From NCBI GenBank assembly GCA_050084515.1, contig CM114271.1, positions 30,380,001 through 30,444,000 of the forward strand: a stretch of 64,000 bases of DNA, read 5' to 3'. Both the position numbers and the translations under genes were made by a program. The notes below the pieces were generated by a model. That model did not search any database, had not been told where the DNA came from, and worked only from the letters and a program-made list of their open reading frames with translations. Below, piece after piece: positions 12,847 through 25,900 of this stretch (the first letter of the stretch is position 1; the number at the start of each line of letters is the position of its first letter). The DNA is from Blasia pusilla (taxonomy: Eukaryota).

Positions 12847-15800
12847 GAGGGGTAGATGACTTGATCTTTGCTTGATATGGATTACAAATGTGCGACTAAC
12901 GATGGGGCAACCTAGCACCCGGCCTTCTCATTCGTGCACCCAAGAAGGTGTATAGCATGTAGTAGATGTATAGGGCTACAGGAGTTAGAGGACCTAAACT
13001 TGATTAGGGGGCGAGTTGTGGTACACTTGTGTTTGTGGATGCTCTTGTCTATGTTATGTATGTATGTGAGTATGGTATGTCAGCGATGTATGTTGTATGA
13101 CGATGTGGATTCGCACGACAAGTGTCATGACCACACAGATTATGTCGTAGAGTATAGTGTGCTAGTAGAGGCCATACCTTATATAGGGCCCCAGTGTCTA
13201 GGTAGAGATGCGATTTCATACATAGGGTTGGGGTTTACTCAGTTGAGGGTGAGTTTTCCAGTAGGGCCCGCTCTTAGGTTGGAGGATATAAGGTGGAGTG
13301 CACTCAAAGAACAGTCAGTTCTTTGAGTTGAGCCTGTTGCGTTGGGAGTTAGCCTTGGTAGTGAGTAGAGCTCTTGGCTATGGTGTTTCCCGCAAGCTTC
13401 GACCTAGATTCTCCCATCGTGTAGTGGGTTTGGCTCGATTGTATGTGATTCTATACGTGTTTTATGACAATAGGTCTTTCACGGATTTCACTTGTGGTAC
13501 ACTTGTGTTTGTGGATGCTCTCGTCTATGTTATGTATGTATGTGAGTATGGTATATCAACGATGTATGTTGTATGACGATGTGGATTCGCACGACACCTC
13601 TCCCAAGCTCTCTCCATGGTAACCTATGCTCCCAAGTCACCTCCTTGGCTCTTGACCTGATGTAGGACAATCAAAGGCCATTTACTAAAATAGAAAGTCA
13701 ATCATATACTCAAAATGATACTCACCTAAAATAGTAAGTTCTTTAATATGGCTCCAGATAAGCCAAAACAAAGGGGAAACCTACTCTCTCAGGTTTCCCT
13801 GGGCCTCAGTAGGTCATCCTTAACCTCTTGAGTCTGTCCTCCACTACTCGCGAAGGCGCTCTACTAGATCTCACTGATCTATCCTAAAAGACGTGACATC
13901 CATGTAACGAAGTTACAAAAGGATGCAAAGAGGATATTTCCTTAATCCGTATGTGGCACGGACACTGACTAGTAGCTACTAATGCATAGCCTATGTTGGT
14001 GCACAAGACCAATCATGGCGAATTTTTTTAATTTTTTTGTTACCCACGTTACAAAAAACTTTTCATGCTGCCTATTGCCTTGTTTTAATTTAGGAGATGT
14101 TTGTAAATCAAGAAACTGCTCTCCCACAATATTATACTAGTGTATAGCCTATGTACGAGACCCATCATGATTAAAAAAGTAAACAAAAAAATCATTCTTA
14201 CACCACTAGCATGTGGCAATTAAAAAAAAATGTGTTTACAAATTAAGAGAACTATTCCAACAAAAAAATATCTACACTAATATTTTAGAACCATGTCTTG
14301 TACTGCTTGCTTGAGCAATTGACACTTGGATATTTTGACCAATGCCAACCTGCCACATGTCCCATATATCTTAGGGTTACTCAATAGTCATTTTTGGGGA
14401 TAGTTCAAGTTAGTGGGTCACATTTTAAAGATTTTAGAGTAATAGGGCGTCTCATATAGAGGGATGTAAGTCTTGCAATGTCTTTTGGGTGTTTGACTAT
14501 AAAACATGGACAACTTCCGTCTATGCCAAGGGATATTTGATTTTATTAGATGTCGTACTATGCATATTGCATGCCCACCTCTTCCACCACCTCGCATTCT
14601 AGCCATGGACACGACATCCATGATTATGACCTAAAGTTTGAGACGTCCTAATGATGGGTAATCTACTCATGATTGCTTGTGGCATCTACTAGTAAATTAG
14701 TATAGCAAACTAAGATTAGAATCTACCAAAATTTTCTTTATATATGCATTCTACAAAATAGGCACCAGGAATAATAAGGAATCTTAGACTGTGTTGTGAG
14801 TGTCAAACATCAAGATCCCTTTTTCTTCTTTCTATTTTTTGCATTTGTAGTGGAGGGGAGGTGGTCCTTCCTATTTACTTCGGGGCAAGTGAAACATTAC
14901 AACATCTTACAAATTAAAAAACTCTTTGACCTAAGAATGGGCCACATTGAGACCTAAGAGACTCACCCTAATCTTATGGAATCTCCCGTAGCCTACTTAG
15001 AACCATCTATTTCATTGACCGAGGTCGAGGTTAAACACTCCCCCTCCCAATTGCTCACACATGCCAATTTAATTGAGAGTAATCCATATTATAGTGGGTG
15101 ATCTTACTTGCATAATAAAACAAAATATCAACAAGATACTATTTTGTCACTTAAGGTGGCATGTTGGTAGGAAAATGATATCATTGGAGGAAGTAATAAG
15201 ATATCCAGTAATGGAGAACTAATGAACGGGAGGAGTGGGGTTCAAGAAAAACCTCAACTACTCAATATTTTTTTAAATAATTTTGTGGAAAACCTTCTTT
15301 TTAAACTTAACATGGGCATGTTAACAAGTTAAGTCGAGAGGGGCTTAAACGTACTAGGAAAAGAAAAAGAAGGGGAAACAATTTCTCCCTCGGCAACCCA
15401 ACTAGACCTTTGTGTCGAAAGGTAATTTTAGGGATGCTCGGGCGTCCTAGAGAGGAAGAAGAAAGTAAATTTTAATAGAAATTGGGACGCAAAACTCATC
15501 GAGATACAAAGGAGGGGGGTGTAGAGAGGCAAAAAAACCCACGGGCATATATCGACCTCGGAGAAACAGAAAAATATTTCTCCTTTAACGACCAAAATCA
15601 CCAACAATAAACAACAACAACACTTATAGAATTATGGCTGTTACTAAGCGGACCTCTAGCATTTAACGCCAATGGCCACTTCGTAGTAGCCATAGCTCGT
15701 TACCCATCGGAAGTACAAAAGAGGGGGACTCAAAGAGTCAAAACCTGAAGGCCACAACAAGACCAGAAAAGGAAGAAAGGGCATTCCCCCAGACGAAACT

Positions 15801-17018
15801 CACCAACAGCAGAGACAATATAATCAACAACAAGAAAGCTATCACTACTACTAGCTCGTCATAGCCGAGAGAGTAGAACGTGAGGGAACATGACGCGGTC
15901 GGACAGACGATGCAGAGTTGAACGTCAGGGGACACGTCGTAAAATGTGGGAGGCGCAGGCGGACGGACGCTCCATAAGCTTCACGACTGGAACGAGAGCT
16001 GCAAGGAACATCCGACCACATGTAATTTCACCTGCGCATGACGCGATCGCTTCCAATGGGTGCCCCCGCAGAGTGTACGCGCTGGCCGGTAGCCAGTTAG
16101 AGTCCCCTAGTGTACAGCCGGGACCAATAAGACCAATAATAATAATCAGTTGTCTTGAAAAAAATCTAAAACATTTTCTTCTGCCCTAATCTGTCAGGAT
16201 TTGCAATCTTCTCACTGCTGTCAGGCTTTGCGATCTTCCGCTGCACTCTGCAAATCAGAATCGGGAGTCCCAGGCGACGCTTTCTGTGAAAATAATTTTG
16301 CTGACAGCTGCCGCGAAAGCTGTTGTTACGAGGGTAAGAACGTTGTGATGGATCAATCCAGAGTCGAGATGAGAGGTCAGTGAGTGGCGAGTAATTCCAT
16401 GTCGAGCTTGACTGGGGTTTGATCTGGTGGTAGAGTTGTTTGGCTTGTGATTTGCGGAGGGGTACCCGTGTCGATCTTCGGGTCAGTCGTGAAGGATTCA
16501 GTGCCCAGCATGGGAGTTATAGATCGGATGTGATAGATTGAATTGGGGCACAAATCTTTGGTCTTTGACAGAAGGTTTGGTAGTCGGAAGGAGAATGTTG
16601 TTCATATGATGTTTCGTTTTCCACATTGTAGTAGGAGTTTTTCATTGCGGTCGAGTCAGTTTTTGTAGTTCATGCGGGGTTGTTCCCCTGGGAGCAGTTC
16701 CATTCCCACTCGATCCTCTTAGCGTGCATGTTGTCAGACTAAGGATTCAGATCAGCCACAGGATACGAGATGCGATTATGGTCGTGGAAATGTATGCTCT
16801 AGTGGAGCGGATCAGCTAGAAAACAGTCACACATCATGCACTTTTTAAATTTAGGTTATATCGATGAGCAGATCAATCTTCCTGCTGGTGTTTATGCGAT
16901 GTAGCTTAATGCGTATGTCAACTCTGGTCGTGAAAACTAACCGCGAAGCTCACCTGTCTGCAGATAGGACTCGGTTGTAAGCTCACCCGTATTGTTTTGA
17001 CAAGGAACGGTTCGGAAG

Positions 17019-17631
17019 ATGGGATTGGGTGCCGCGTGGGCGTGTGCAGCAGGTGCAACTGCCGCAACATCTGCTATCATGGCGAAGGTGGCGTCGCCTC
17101 TGGTACGTGAATTTGAGTGGTTGCTTTGGCCGATCCTTGTCTAGTTCGAAGGAGTAGGGTTGAGTGCGGGGTTTTTGAAGGCTTGAGCATTTCTGCAGGA
17201 GCGGTTGGAGTACAAAGCAGCTTGTTACGCAATCGTAGTCCTGTGCAACGTGGTGATGTGGAGCTTTTATGTCCGTAGTCTGAAGGCTCTCTCCTCCCTG
17301 CAAGCCACAGTGGTCAACTTCGCTACCAACTTTCTCCTGTCGGGGCTAGCTGGGTTCATTCTTTTCAAGGAACCGGCACATTTACAGGTTCTTTCGCAAC
17401 TCCCTCGTCATGCGTTCAAATTCCCCGTCAGATTTTTTGACTGCCTTGAGATTTCGAGTGATGTCATTTCCCAAGATGGCATGCGCTTGAGCTGACAGTC
17501 AAGTCTCGACTTCCGCAGCCTGGACTGATGAGTTGTATCTATTTGCACTTGATCAGTGGTTCGTAGGAGCTCTTTTTATCGTGTTGGGCATTTGGGTCGT
17601 CAGCAATGCCAGTAAGGAGAAAGATGAGTAG
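17019..17631 (+). CDS. TMEM42-like small multi-pass membrane protein (DMT/EamA-like), 115 aa; exons 17019-17102, 17199-17387, 17557-17631
   Basis: Phase-0 GT-AG introns give an open frame: MGLGAAWACAAGATAATSAIMAK...NVVMWSFYVRSLKALSSLQATVVNFATNFLLSGLAGFILFKEP...WFVGALFIVLG...*. Confidence 0.8.
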
Positions 17632-18689
17632 ACGGATTGTGGGTAGAGAAGGTTTGCTGAAGGCTCACAAGAAAAGCAACTCAAAGCTCCAAGGACCATG
17701 CACAGCTACGGCTGCAGGAGTCTTTGGCTGGAGTCACGATTTCGACTTTCTGGTTCACCCTGAGCTTGATATTGAGCTCACTTTGCTCTTTCCTCCAGTC
17801 GTGGCTCACGTAAGGTCAACAGGAAAATTCGTAAGCAAGAATTCTCCTCGATCAGCTAGAGAACAAAGGTTGATGAATACCCAGAAAGTGGCACGAAGTA
17901 ATCCTGGTCGCTTGAGAGCCGAATGCAGGAAATTCAAGAGCAATGGGGAGGGTCTTTTCTGCCGAGTGTAAGAGGCAGCTGAATAATGGAAGGTTTGCCT
18001 CATGGGCGACCGACACAATCCGGCCAGTCTTCTTGATGTGCTCAGAAGGATAGTTTACTTTCCTGTCCGCTACAAGATATTCATGGGAAATGCCAATCTG
18101 ATACGCCCATCCAAGATTAGAAATTTTCAACCCTGTGTCAATCCTCTCGTGACATGCGGCAAAGCTTTTATGGAGGAAATGGTATTAGACGAAATGGGCA
18201 AGCGTCCGACACGTTTTTTTTGCACTCCGTCATGGCCTTGTTCGGCTTCTGTCCAAAAGGTGCTAGTTCTCCAGAAGACGACGCATATGGATTTGAACTA
18301 CGTACAAGCTCGAAACGTGTAATTTGTAAGGAACACATGTATTCGGATAACGTACATCTGTTATGTGTTGCAGCGTGAGGTGATGAAGGACCACCATCTT
18401 CAGTCCTCCTAACGCGATCTGGTGCATGTGGACGAGGGAACGTGATGTCCGGTTTGAGCTTGGCCGGTTTACAGTTGGCAACTTACATCATTCAGTTTTG
18501 AGAATTGCACTGTGCTGTCATTACATGGCTTCACAATAGCGAAATTCTTGTGTAGGATTGAGCCAAAAGTGATCGTTTGAATTTGTCACTTCTACCCAAA
18601 AAGCAAACACCATAAAAAAGTACCAAATACAATTAAAAAAAAACTAAGGACCCGGTCAATTTTTCCATTTCGTACTCGCCCACCTTATC

Positions 18690-20790
18690 CTTGATTAGTT
18701 ATGTTCTGGGCCCTTAGGCCCAGTAGGCCCAAGCCTACGAATAAATACACAGGGGCCCTGAGTAATCCGGCTCCGATACTTCCTCTTTAACAGCCGGATA
18801 CCTTAATCTTCCGGCCTCCTTACTTTGGGAATTAGATGTAACGTAGGAATGGAATTGAATGAACTCCCACGAATTTCCGGCCTTCCTGCCTCTCCCTAAG
18901 GTTCAGACAGCGGAATTATCAAACTATAAAGCAGCTCCTGGCCAAATCTATCTTTTCTGTTCAGGTTGGTAAACTCGATCAAGGCCTCAGAGAGACGGGT
19001 CTCGGTTCCCCGGGATTTTCATTGAAATACTGGTAAAGGGTTGGAAATCTCCAATTTTATGACTGACCGAATCTGAGGCTGATCGCATACTTCGGTTTCC
19101 CGAATAAAATATATCACGTAAGGCCGAAGGTCCGTAAGTGGGCCCTCGGCCTGTGGTTGGCCGTCACGGGGGGCACTCCCTTCCAATCAACTACATAGAT
19201 GCTACGATCTCATACGAAAGCTAAGCACACCAGTGTGCATCATGTTTGTTTATGCGGACACTATTCTATATGATCTCAGGTTAAGTCTCTTTGAAGCTGG
19301 CACACGAACCAAATAAGAGCAAATTGAAAAAGGGTGCAGCTCTCTCCTTGCCGGGGAGAGCTGCACCCTTTAATCGTAAAGAGCTCTCCCTTTGGTGGAG
19401 TGCTACGCACCTCTCCTTCCCCGAACACGCTCCCCGCGCACTCCGTGCCTATGGCAGCCAAAGGCACGAGACTCTAAGGAGAGGCGCTACGCACTTTGTG
19501 GGCCTTACGGGCCGAAGAAGCGCGTAGCGCCTTCTTTCTCGCCATTTCGTCTCATGTCCCGTCAGTTTTTTTCTTTTTTTGAAAGCATCGGTCAGACAGT
19601 GCCCCAGTACTCGGGCCATCTTAGTTGATACTGTTAATTTCACAGAAATCCTGGTTGATCGAAAATCTGGAAAAGAGGTTTCAGCAATTTCGGCAAATTG
19701 GTGGCGCTGCTGGTTCATGGCTTTCGAAATAGGAGGCGGATATATAGAAAAAAGCTTGTCGATTTACAAAGATCCTATGAAAACATCAGGACCTTTGGAT
19801 ATGATATTTTTTGAGGTGTCATCGATCGAAGATATTCCCAAAAAAACTAGGTCGGGGCTCTAAGACTAAAAAAACATGGCTCACAGTATCAAAAGGATAC
19901 GGCCTAGTGCTAACAGACAAACCGTGGTAGGGGGCTTCCACTCGAGTCTCGGAGGACTCCCCCGAAGAAGCTCTCGGCGCCCCGCTATGCGTTCTCCACC
20001 TTTGGCCTTCGCTTTGAGAGAGTGTATTTTCTCCTCTGAAGGCCGACAGGCGCTCTCTTCCCGTTAGGGAGGAAGGGCGAAAAGCGCTCCGGCGCCGAAG
20101 GCGCCCAGAAAACGTAAACCCGTAAATAGTAAAGCCCTTTACGCCCTCCGGGCCTATGGGCCTCCGGGCCTATAACCTATCAGGGAGAAACCTGCGGGCC
20201 ATAAACTTGACAGTTTATGCGCTACGTCCCTATAGCACTCGTGCGTGGGAATAAGCCATTTCCGCAAACTTCTTTACGAAAGAAGGGCCATAGGGAGAGG
20301 GGTGTTCATATTTGTTCTAAATGTGGGTATCCAGCTAGGCCCACTCGTCTGCTGGGAGGTTTGCGTTCGCGGCAAAGTAGAAACCAAGGGGCACCTCGGG
20401 GTTATCAAGACCCTATTCTCAATATACCTGGCTTCCTTCTGGATATTGCACTAAACTCCTTGATAGGCGTACTCTACATTTCTTCGTTGCGAAGGGCTGG
20501 CAGACCAGAGTGGTGCAAGAGATTGCCTCGCCGCAAACATATAGGGTCCGTGTAGGTGACTTTTCCTTACAAAGAATGGAACAGATTCGGTGTAAGAAGC
20601 CACCATTCGAGCTACACTCTGGATAGACTAGATAGCTACTCTGCAATTAACTCGCCTCATCTATGCGTGGCATTGTGCTGTGGAGTAAATGAGATCATCT
20701 CCAAACGGTAAAGGGACTTCTGACCCATGGATCCGGGAAAAAGACCTTAGGTCTCCCATGGTATCCTAGTTCCCTCGCGAGCTCTGTACG
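18690..20790. other. Possible mitochondrial-derived insertion (NUMT), intergenic type
   Basis: Dense short GC-rich palindromes and repeats (GGCGCCGAAGGCGCC, GGCGCTACGC...GCGTAGCGCC, CGGGCCTAT), reminiscent of bryophyte mtDNA spacers. No gene recognised. Confidence 0.35.
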
Positions 20791-22104
20791 TCCTTCTGTT
20801 TTTTACACAATTCGATTTCCACAATTTCAGTTTTTGCACAATTTGACCATCAATGTGGAGGGATTTGTAGTAGTGTTTCCACCAGCGAAGAATTCCAACA
20901 GAGTTCTGTACTTGTCATGCAGTTTGTGTATACGGAGCAAAATCTGGCATCTCTTCATACCTAAGCTATTACACATCACAACATTTCCACTTACAGCGTG
21001 TCACATTTCACTGTGGTGTAGTTTCCTGAAGACCAGAGTTGGATCCTGCGCAGAGTCTAGGCAGATCTCTGCAGCCAAGGGATGGCATCCATCAGAGGTC
21101 GCTTTAAAAATTACATTCATGAGAAGACTGGTGGTCGGCTACATCAATTCCACTATGCAGACGCGCACAGCTAAGGGAGACGTGGGCCTAATTGTCGCCC
21201 GTCGGAGTGATCGGGTGCCAATTAGGTTCGCCCAGCTGGTGCTTGGTGCCCCACCCCATCTCCGGCGCCCAACGACGGAATGGAGCGTTGGGCACCGACT
21301 AAAAGCTTGTAAACTAAATTTCGGTTGAATCTTGCCCGTATTCAACTACCACATGCATATCAGTCCCTAAGCATCCATGAGACAACTACTACAACGCCAC
21401 CTGACATCCGAGGATATATGCAGATTCCATCTTCAAATGCCACAAGTTGTTGCTGTTCAGTACCAAATTCTTTACGCTGTACTGTTAGGTCCTCGTGTAC
21501 ACAGTCCTTATGCATGTCCAGAATCCTCGTTCGAAGTCTTTTAGTCTTCGCAAAGAAAGAACGAAGACTTCACTTTTCTTTGTGAAGCACTTGCGCTTGG
21601 TCTCCTATGAGCTTTTTCCGCCGAAAAGCTTTGTGTGTCAGGGCTTCGCGGAGACCCGGAGCCTTTGCTACTCACTCTCGTGTAACAACGTTATGATCTT
21701 CACTTATTTATCTGAAGATAGTCCGTCCCTCCGGTGTTATTAGGGTTTCTCCTCCTGGAGAAGTCTGTCTTCTTACAGACATCTTCCTCTATTCCTCGGA
21801 GTTGTATTCCATCCACTATGGTACAAAAACATTCTTCTCTCTTTATTTCGTCTTCGGAGTCATATTTAAAGAAGATTTTGTCTTCCCTATTCTAAGCACT
21901 CCATCTTTTTCAAAAGGCTTTGTAATAATTTCCAAAATTGGTCCACCTCACAAGCTGCCACAAGTTTCCCACACCTTAACTGCCAACCTAAAACCACCCC
22001 ACCCTTGCACTCACTCTTGCAAGGGGCTCTCGACCAATGTAAATGTGTTCAAGTCCCATTCTTCAGTTGGATAAAATCAGCACATTTTTTATATGACTTT
22101 TTGA

Positions 22105-22240
22105 CGACCGCAGAATGTGAATTTTTAATGGTCGGATGTTAGTAGGATATGAATTTAGGATACATCTTTTTAACGATCGGATGTTAGTAAAATATGAATT
22201 TTTAACGGTCGGATGTTAATAGGATATGAAATTCTAACGG
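22105..22240. repeat. ~32-bp tandem repeat (TTTTAACGGTCGGATGTTAGTAGGATATGAAT), about 4 degenerate copies
   Basis: Repeated CGGATGTTA...ATATGAA units upstream of the P450 gene. Confidence 0.75.
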
Positions 22241-22976
22241 ATTTTCCGAACCTCCAGGCATACATCTTGTTGTGTTTCCGAACTCTGTTATGAAAACTCA
22301 AAAACCCTAATCGAGGGTTTCATATTCATGGTTATGGGTGTATCAAAATACTTTATTTTTACAAGGCGCAGAGTAACTACTCGGAAATGGGTGCCTTGGG
22401 GGTTAAGGCTAATCCCTATTGAACCTGAGGAGTCCCCTATGGACCTTAACTTGATTATCCCCATTGGTTGCGTGACCGAGCAATTTCTCTTTCTTAATGT
22501 ACAACCGTGAGAAAAAGTAATGATATTACACATAAATTCAATTTTTTGCATTTAGCACGTGAAAATAAAAAAGACACTCGTTCACTAAAAGAATATAGAT
22601 GATGACCCCATCGAAAAATTCACCCCCACGAAGTCCGGGATCCGCGTGTCCCATTCGGCGGAAAATGGTCAGGATTCAGGAAGAGCTCCGTGATATCCGT
22701 CGGTCGTTCGTCAGTCGTCTGGACTGCAGGAGAAGGCTGGGAGGATGTGGTGGATGCAGCTCCGCGATTCAGTTCTTGTGAGTGTCAATTGTAACAGGAG
22801 CTGGAAATGTTTCGCAATTCGACCAGAAAGACAATAATCCCGAGGAGCAGTTGACCGTGCGGACTGATTCGGGAGAGGAGAAGGTTAATTCGGCGGCGTT
22901 TTTTTTTGCAGCGTTGAAGAATTGGAGCTGAGGTGATGGTCGTGAATTGAGGGGCGGGGATATTCGGTTCAGCGAA

Positions 22977-25900
22977 ATGGAGAACGCAAACGCGGATCGT
23001 TCGTCTGCGCACTGGAGCCGCCGGGGATTTCCAATGTCAACAAGCTCCATGCTTCTCGCAGTGTGCATCGCTTCGGTGCTACTGGTCCTCGTTTATCTCC
23101 GTTCTCGTTCCGATGGGATTCGCCTTCCGCCGGGACCTCGCGCTTGGCCCATAATAGGGCACCTCCATTTGCTGGGAAAGTTGCCCCATCGATCTTTAGC
23201 CAACCTTGCGATGAAGTACGGGCCGCTCATGTCCTTGCGACTAGGAAATGTCTATGCGGTGATCGTTTCGTCTCCTGATATGGCGCGGGAGATCCTCAAG
23301 AATCAGGACCAGGTTTTCGCCTCGCGTCCCTCGACCAGTATCGCCGAGGTCTTCGCCCACGGTAGACAGGACATAGTGTGGGCACCATACGGCCCACAGT
23401 GGCGCTTCTTTCGAAAGGTCTGCACCCTGGAGCTTTTCACAGCGAAGCGCATCGGACACTTTCAGGTGTGTACTCCGTTCTTTCTATACCAAGCACCGCA
23501 TCTCTAGGGCCATGCGAACTGCACTGCGTACCCACATAAATCACTACTTGCATCCACGGAATGAATCAGAGGGCAACTTCCTCCTGCGTGCTCCCAAAGA
23601 AGCCTTCAGCACACCATCCGTAGGTTTGCCCATGAATGAATGTGTGATAAATTATTAACTCGGGTGGATCGGTCATCCGTGACAGCACTCAGTAAAGGAG
23701 GAGATTTTGGCCACGGTGCAGCGTATACTCGCACTGGGACATGGAGGGAAGCCCGTAGAGTTGGATGAGAAGCTGTTGGAAATGTCTAGTAACAGTATAT
23801 CGCGGATTCTCTTCGGCAAATCCTTCTCGACACGCGAGAGCCTGGGAGAGGCCAAGGAGTTCTGGGCGCTGTTCAAGGAAACCTTCGAAGTGGGAGCAAC
23901 CCTCATTCCCGCGGATGTGATTCCCTTTTTGAAAGGTCTAGACGTCGGTGGTCATGAGAAGCGACTACGCAAGTTGACAGAAAAGTTCGACGCATTTTTC
24001 GCGTCCATCATAGCCGAGCACCGAGGAAGAGCGGAATCCGAACGCAGCGGGAAGGCAGAAGACTTCGTGGATGTTCTGTTGACTATCAGACACGACAAGG
24101 ATGGATCTCTCCTCACGGATTCTCAGATTATCGCCATTCTCGGGGTGCGTAAATCCATCCAAACCGAGTTTGATTAGATCAATTCTTTCCTATCGTACTG
24201 GACAGCAAGTACCATCGTCGCCTTCGATCACGTGTGTTAGAGAGCCACAGAATGACACGTGACGTCCTTTCTAACTCGCTTTGCGCGTGACCAATGTGGG
24301 GGGTTACGAGTAAAGTAATGCCGGCGGTTCAAATTGGAAATTTTCGATTTATATTAAGCTTTTTATCAAAAAGACATTGGGATAAAAAATAAAATATTAC
24401 TTTTTATAACATCTTAGTAACATGTTAGAACTTTTAGAATCACGGGTTTTATTCGTCTACGATTTTAAAAATATAAATTCATCTAATTTTAACTTTTAAA
24501 AAAATAATTAAATAATAAATTAATTCACACGTGATATTTTGGGATTGAAATTTTAATTTTAATGGAAAAATAAAATATTTTCATTAATTAAATTTAATTA
24601 TTTAGTGAATTTAACTTTGGTTTAAGAATGAAAGGGTGAGATTAGATGCTTTTCAAACTTTAATGAAAGATAGAAATTATTTAAAATATTTGGGTATTAT
24701 TTAAAAGAGAAAATTTCAATTTCAAGATTTGAAAACTAGAGATAAAATATTTAAAGAAAAATAATTATAAAGGACTTCAAATCGATTTTCGTGTGTTAAT
24801 ACGGGCATGCCAACTACTACTATTAACTAGCACAAGAAAATGAGACCCGTGTCTTAATCCAAAAGATACAGTGGTAAGGGAGGGCCTTCAAGTTCAGGCC
24901 TTAGGGTGGGGAATATGGAGGGGAACTTGTGATGTGCTTTCACGGGTCCTAACTAGTATGAGATACTACTGTTTTCAAGTGGAAATTTTTGATATATGAT
25001 CTTGTCTAAATCAAGAAATAATGAAAAAGAAAAGAGGAAAGAAAATATGCAATGGGTCAAAAATCAGTCAAAAATGATGAAAGTAAATTCAAAGAATGAT
25101 GAACGGTGTTTCAAAACAAATTTTCGGAAGGAGTGATTCTATATTTTCACTGAAAAATGGGGGGTAGAAAATTGATTTATTTTCCTAATTAAATTTAAAA
25201 AATACAGAAAAAAAATCAAAAACAAATAGAATGTGTACATTAATACTCTTTGAACCGAAATCTGACCTTGAAATCTTTAAGTCTAGAAGGCCTGTTATAA
25301 GGTTGTTAATATTTTATGACCATCTATCTTCTTGTTATAAGAGTGTATACTTGAAGTGGATAAAGTTTGACTAGTATTTGTGTGCATACTATATGCGTCG
25401 ACCATATTTATGATCTATCTAGTCAACATTGAATTTCGTTTCTTCTTTTTGGAAGAACAGAATCGAATGCCAAACTTTGAATTTTCCCTGCTTCAGATCT
25501 GCTAAATAGATACAAATACAAAGGAGAATCTGCCTGATGTTTTTGGCTGGTGAGTCAAAAATTGAATTGGAAATCTGCAAATTCTTCCGGCTAGCTCAAC
25601 GTGCGTTACCCCAATTCTCCCAAGACATTAGGACCAATAACGTTCTTCCAATAAGAGGATAAAACAATGGAGAAAGTGATATTTTCTTTCATGTTCTTAT
25701 TCTTAAATTTGTTCTCTCTTTATTGAAATTGTTTATTATGTGCTTTTGCTGTTAAACTCATTTTCCTTTTCCTATTAAAAAATAAAATTGATGGGAAAAT
25801 CTGATCCGCATGCATCCTTTTGATACAGACACCGATTTCTTTTTCTTTTCTTGTGCCCGAAATTCTACTCGATCTTCCTTCGGTCTATCCAAAGTTCACT

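Larger units (their letters stand above)
8911..13596 (+). mobile_element. Gypsy-type element E2 with split direct repeats, carrying a DNMT3-like methyltransferase and a PHD finger
   Basis: A1 8911-9269 matches A2 13123-13492; B1 13017-13120 matches B2 13493-13596. PPT-like AGGGGGCGAG precedes B1. TSD CCTC at 8907-8910 and 13597-13600. The rejoined flanks align with the uninterrupted paralog at ~29650-29815 (reverse complement). Confidence 0.93.
1..13898 (-). mobile_element. Gypsy-type retroelement E0 (host of nested E1 and E2; runs off the left edge of the window)
   Basis: Starts TGTCACGTC at 13898 on the minus strand; this terminal repeat matches the one starting at 29427. Gag remnants at 6390-7140 include a CWSCGRAHHERDC-like knuckle. 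Gag resumes across the E1 insertion (second knuckle-like QCDYFQRYGHTCATC, ~1605-1650). Aspartic-protease remnant LLLD*RAQPMMLGK...YDVLVG at ~350-650. Confidence 0.85.

Noticed and set aside
8911-13492. Conventional LTR pair (A1/A2)
   Set aside because: A does not end in CA, no TSD follows A2, and the TSD is found only after B2.
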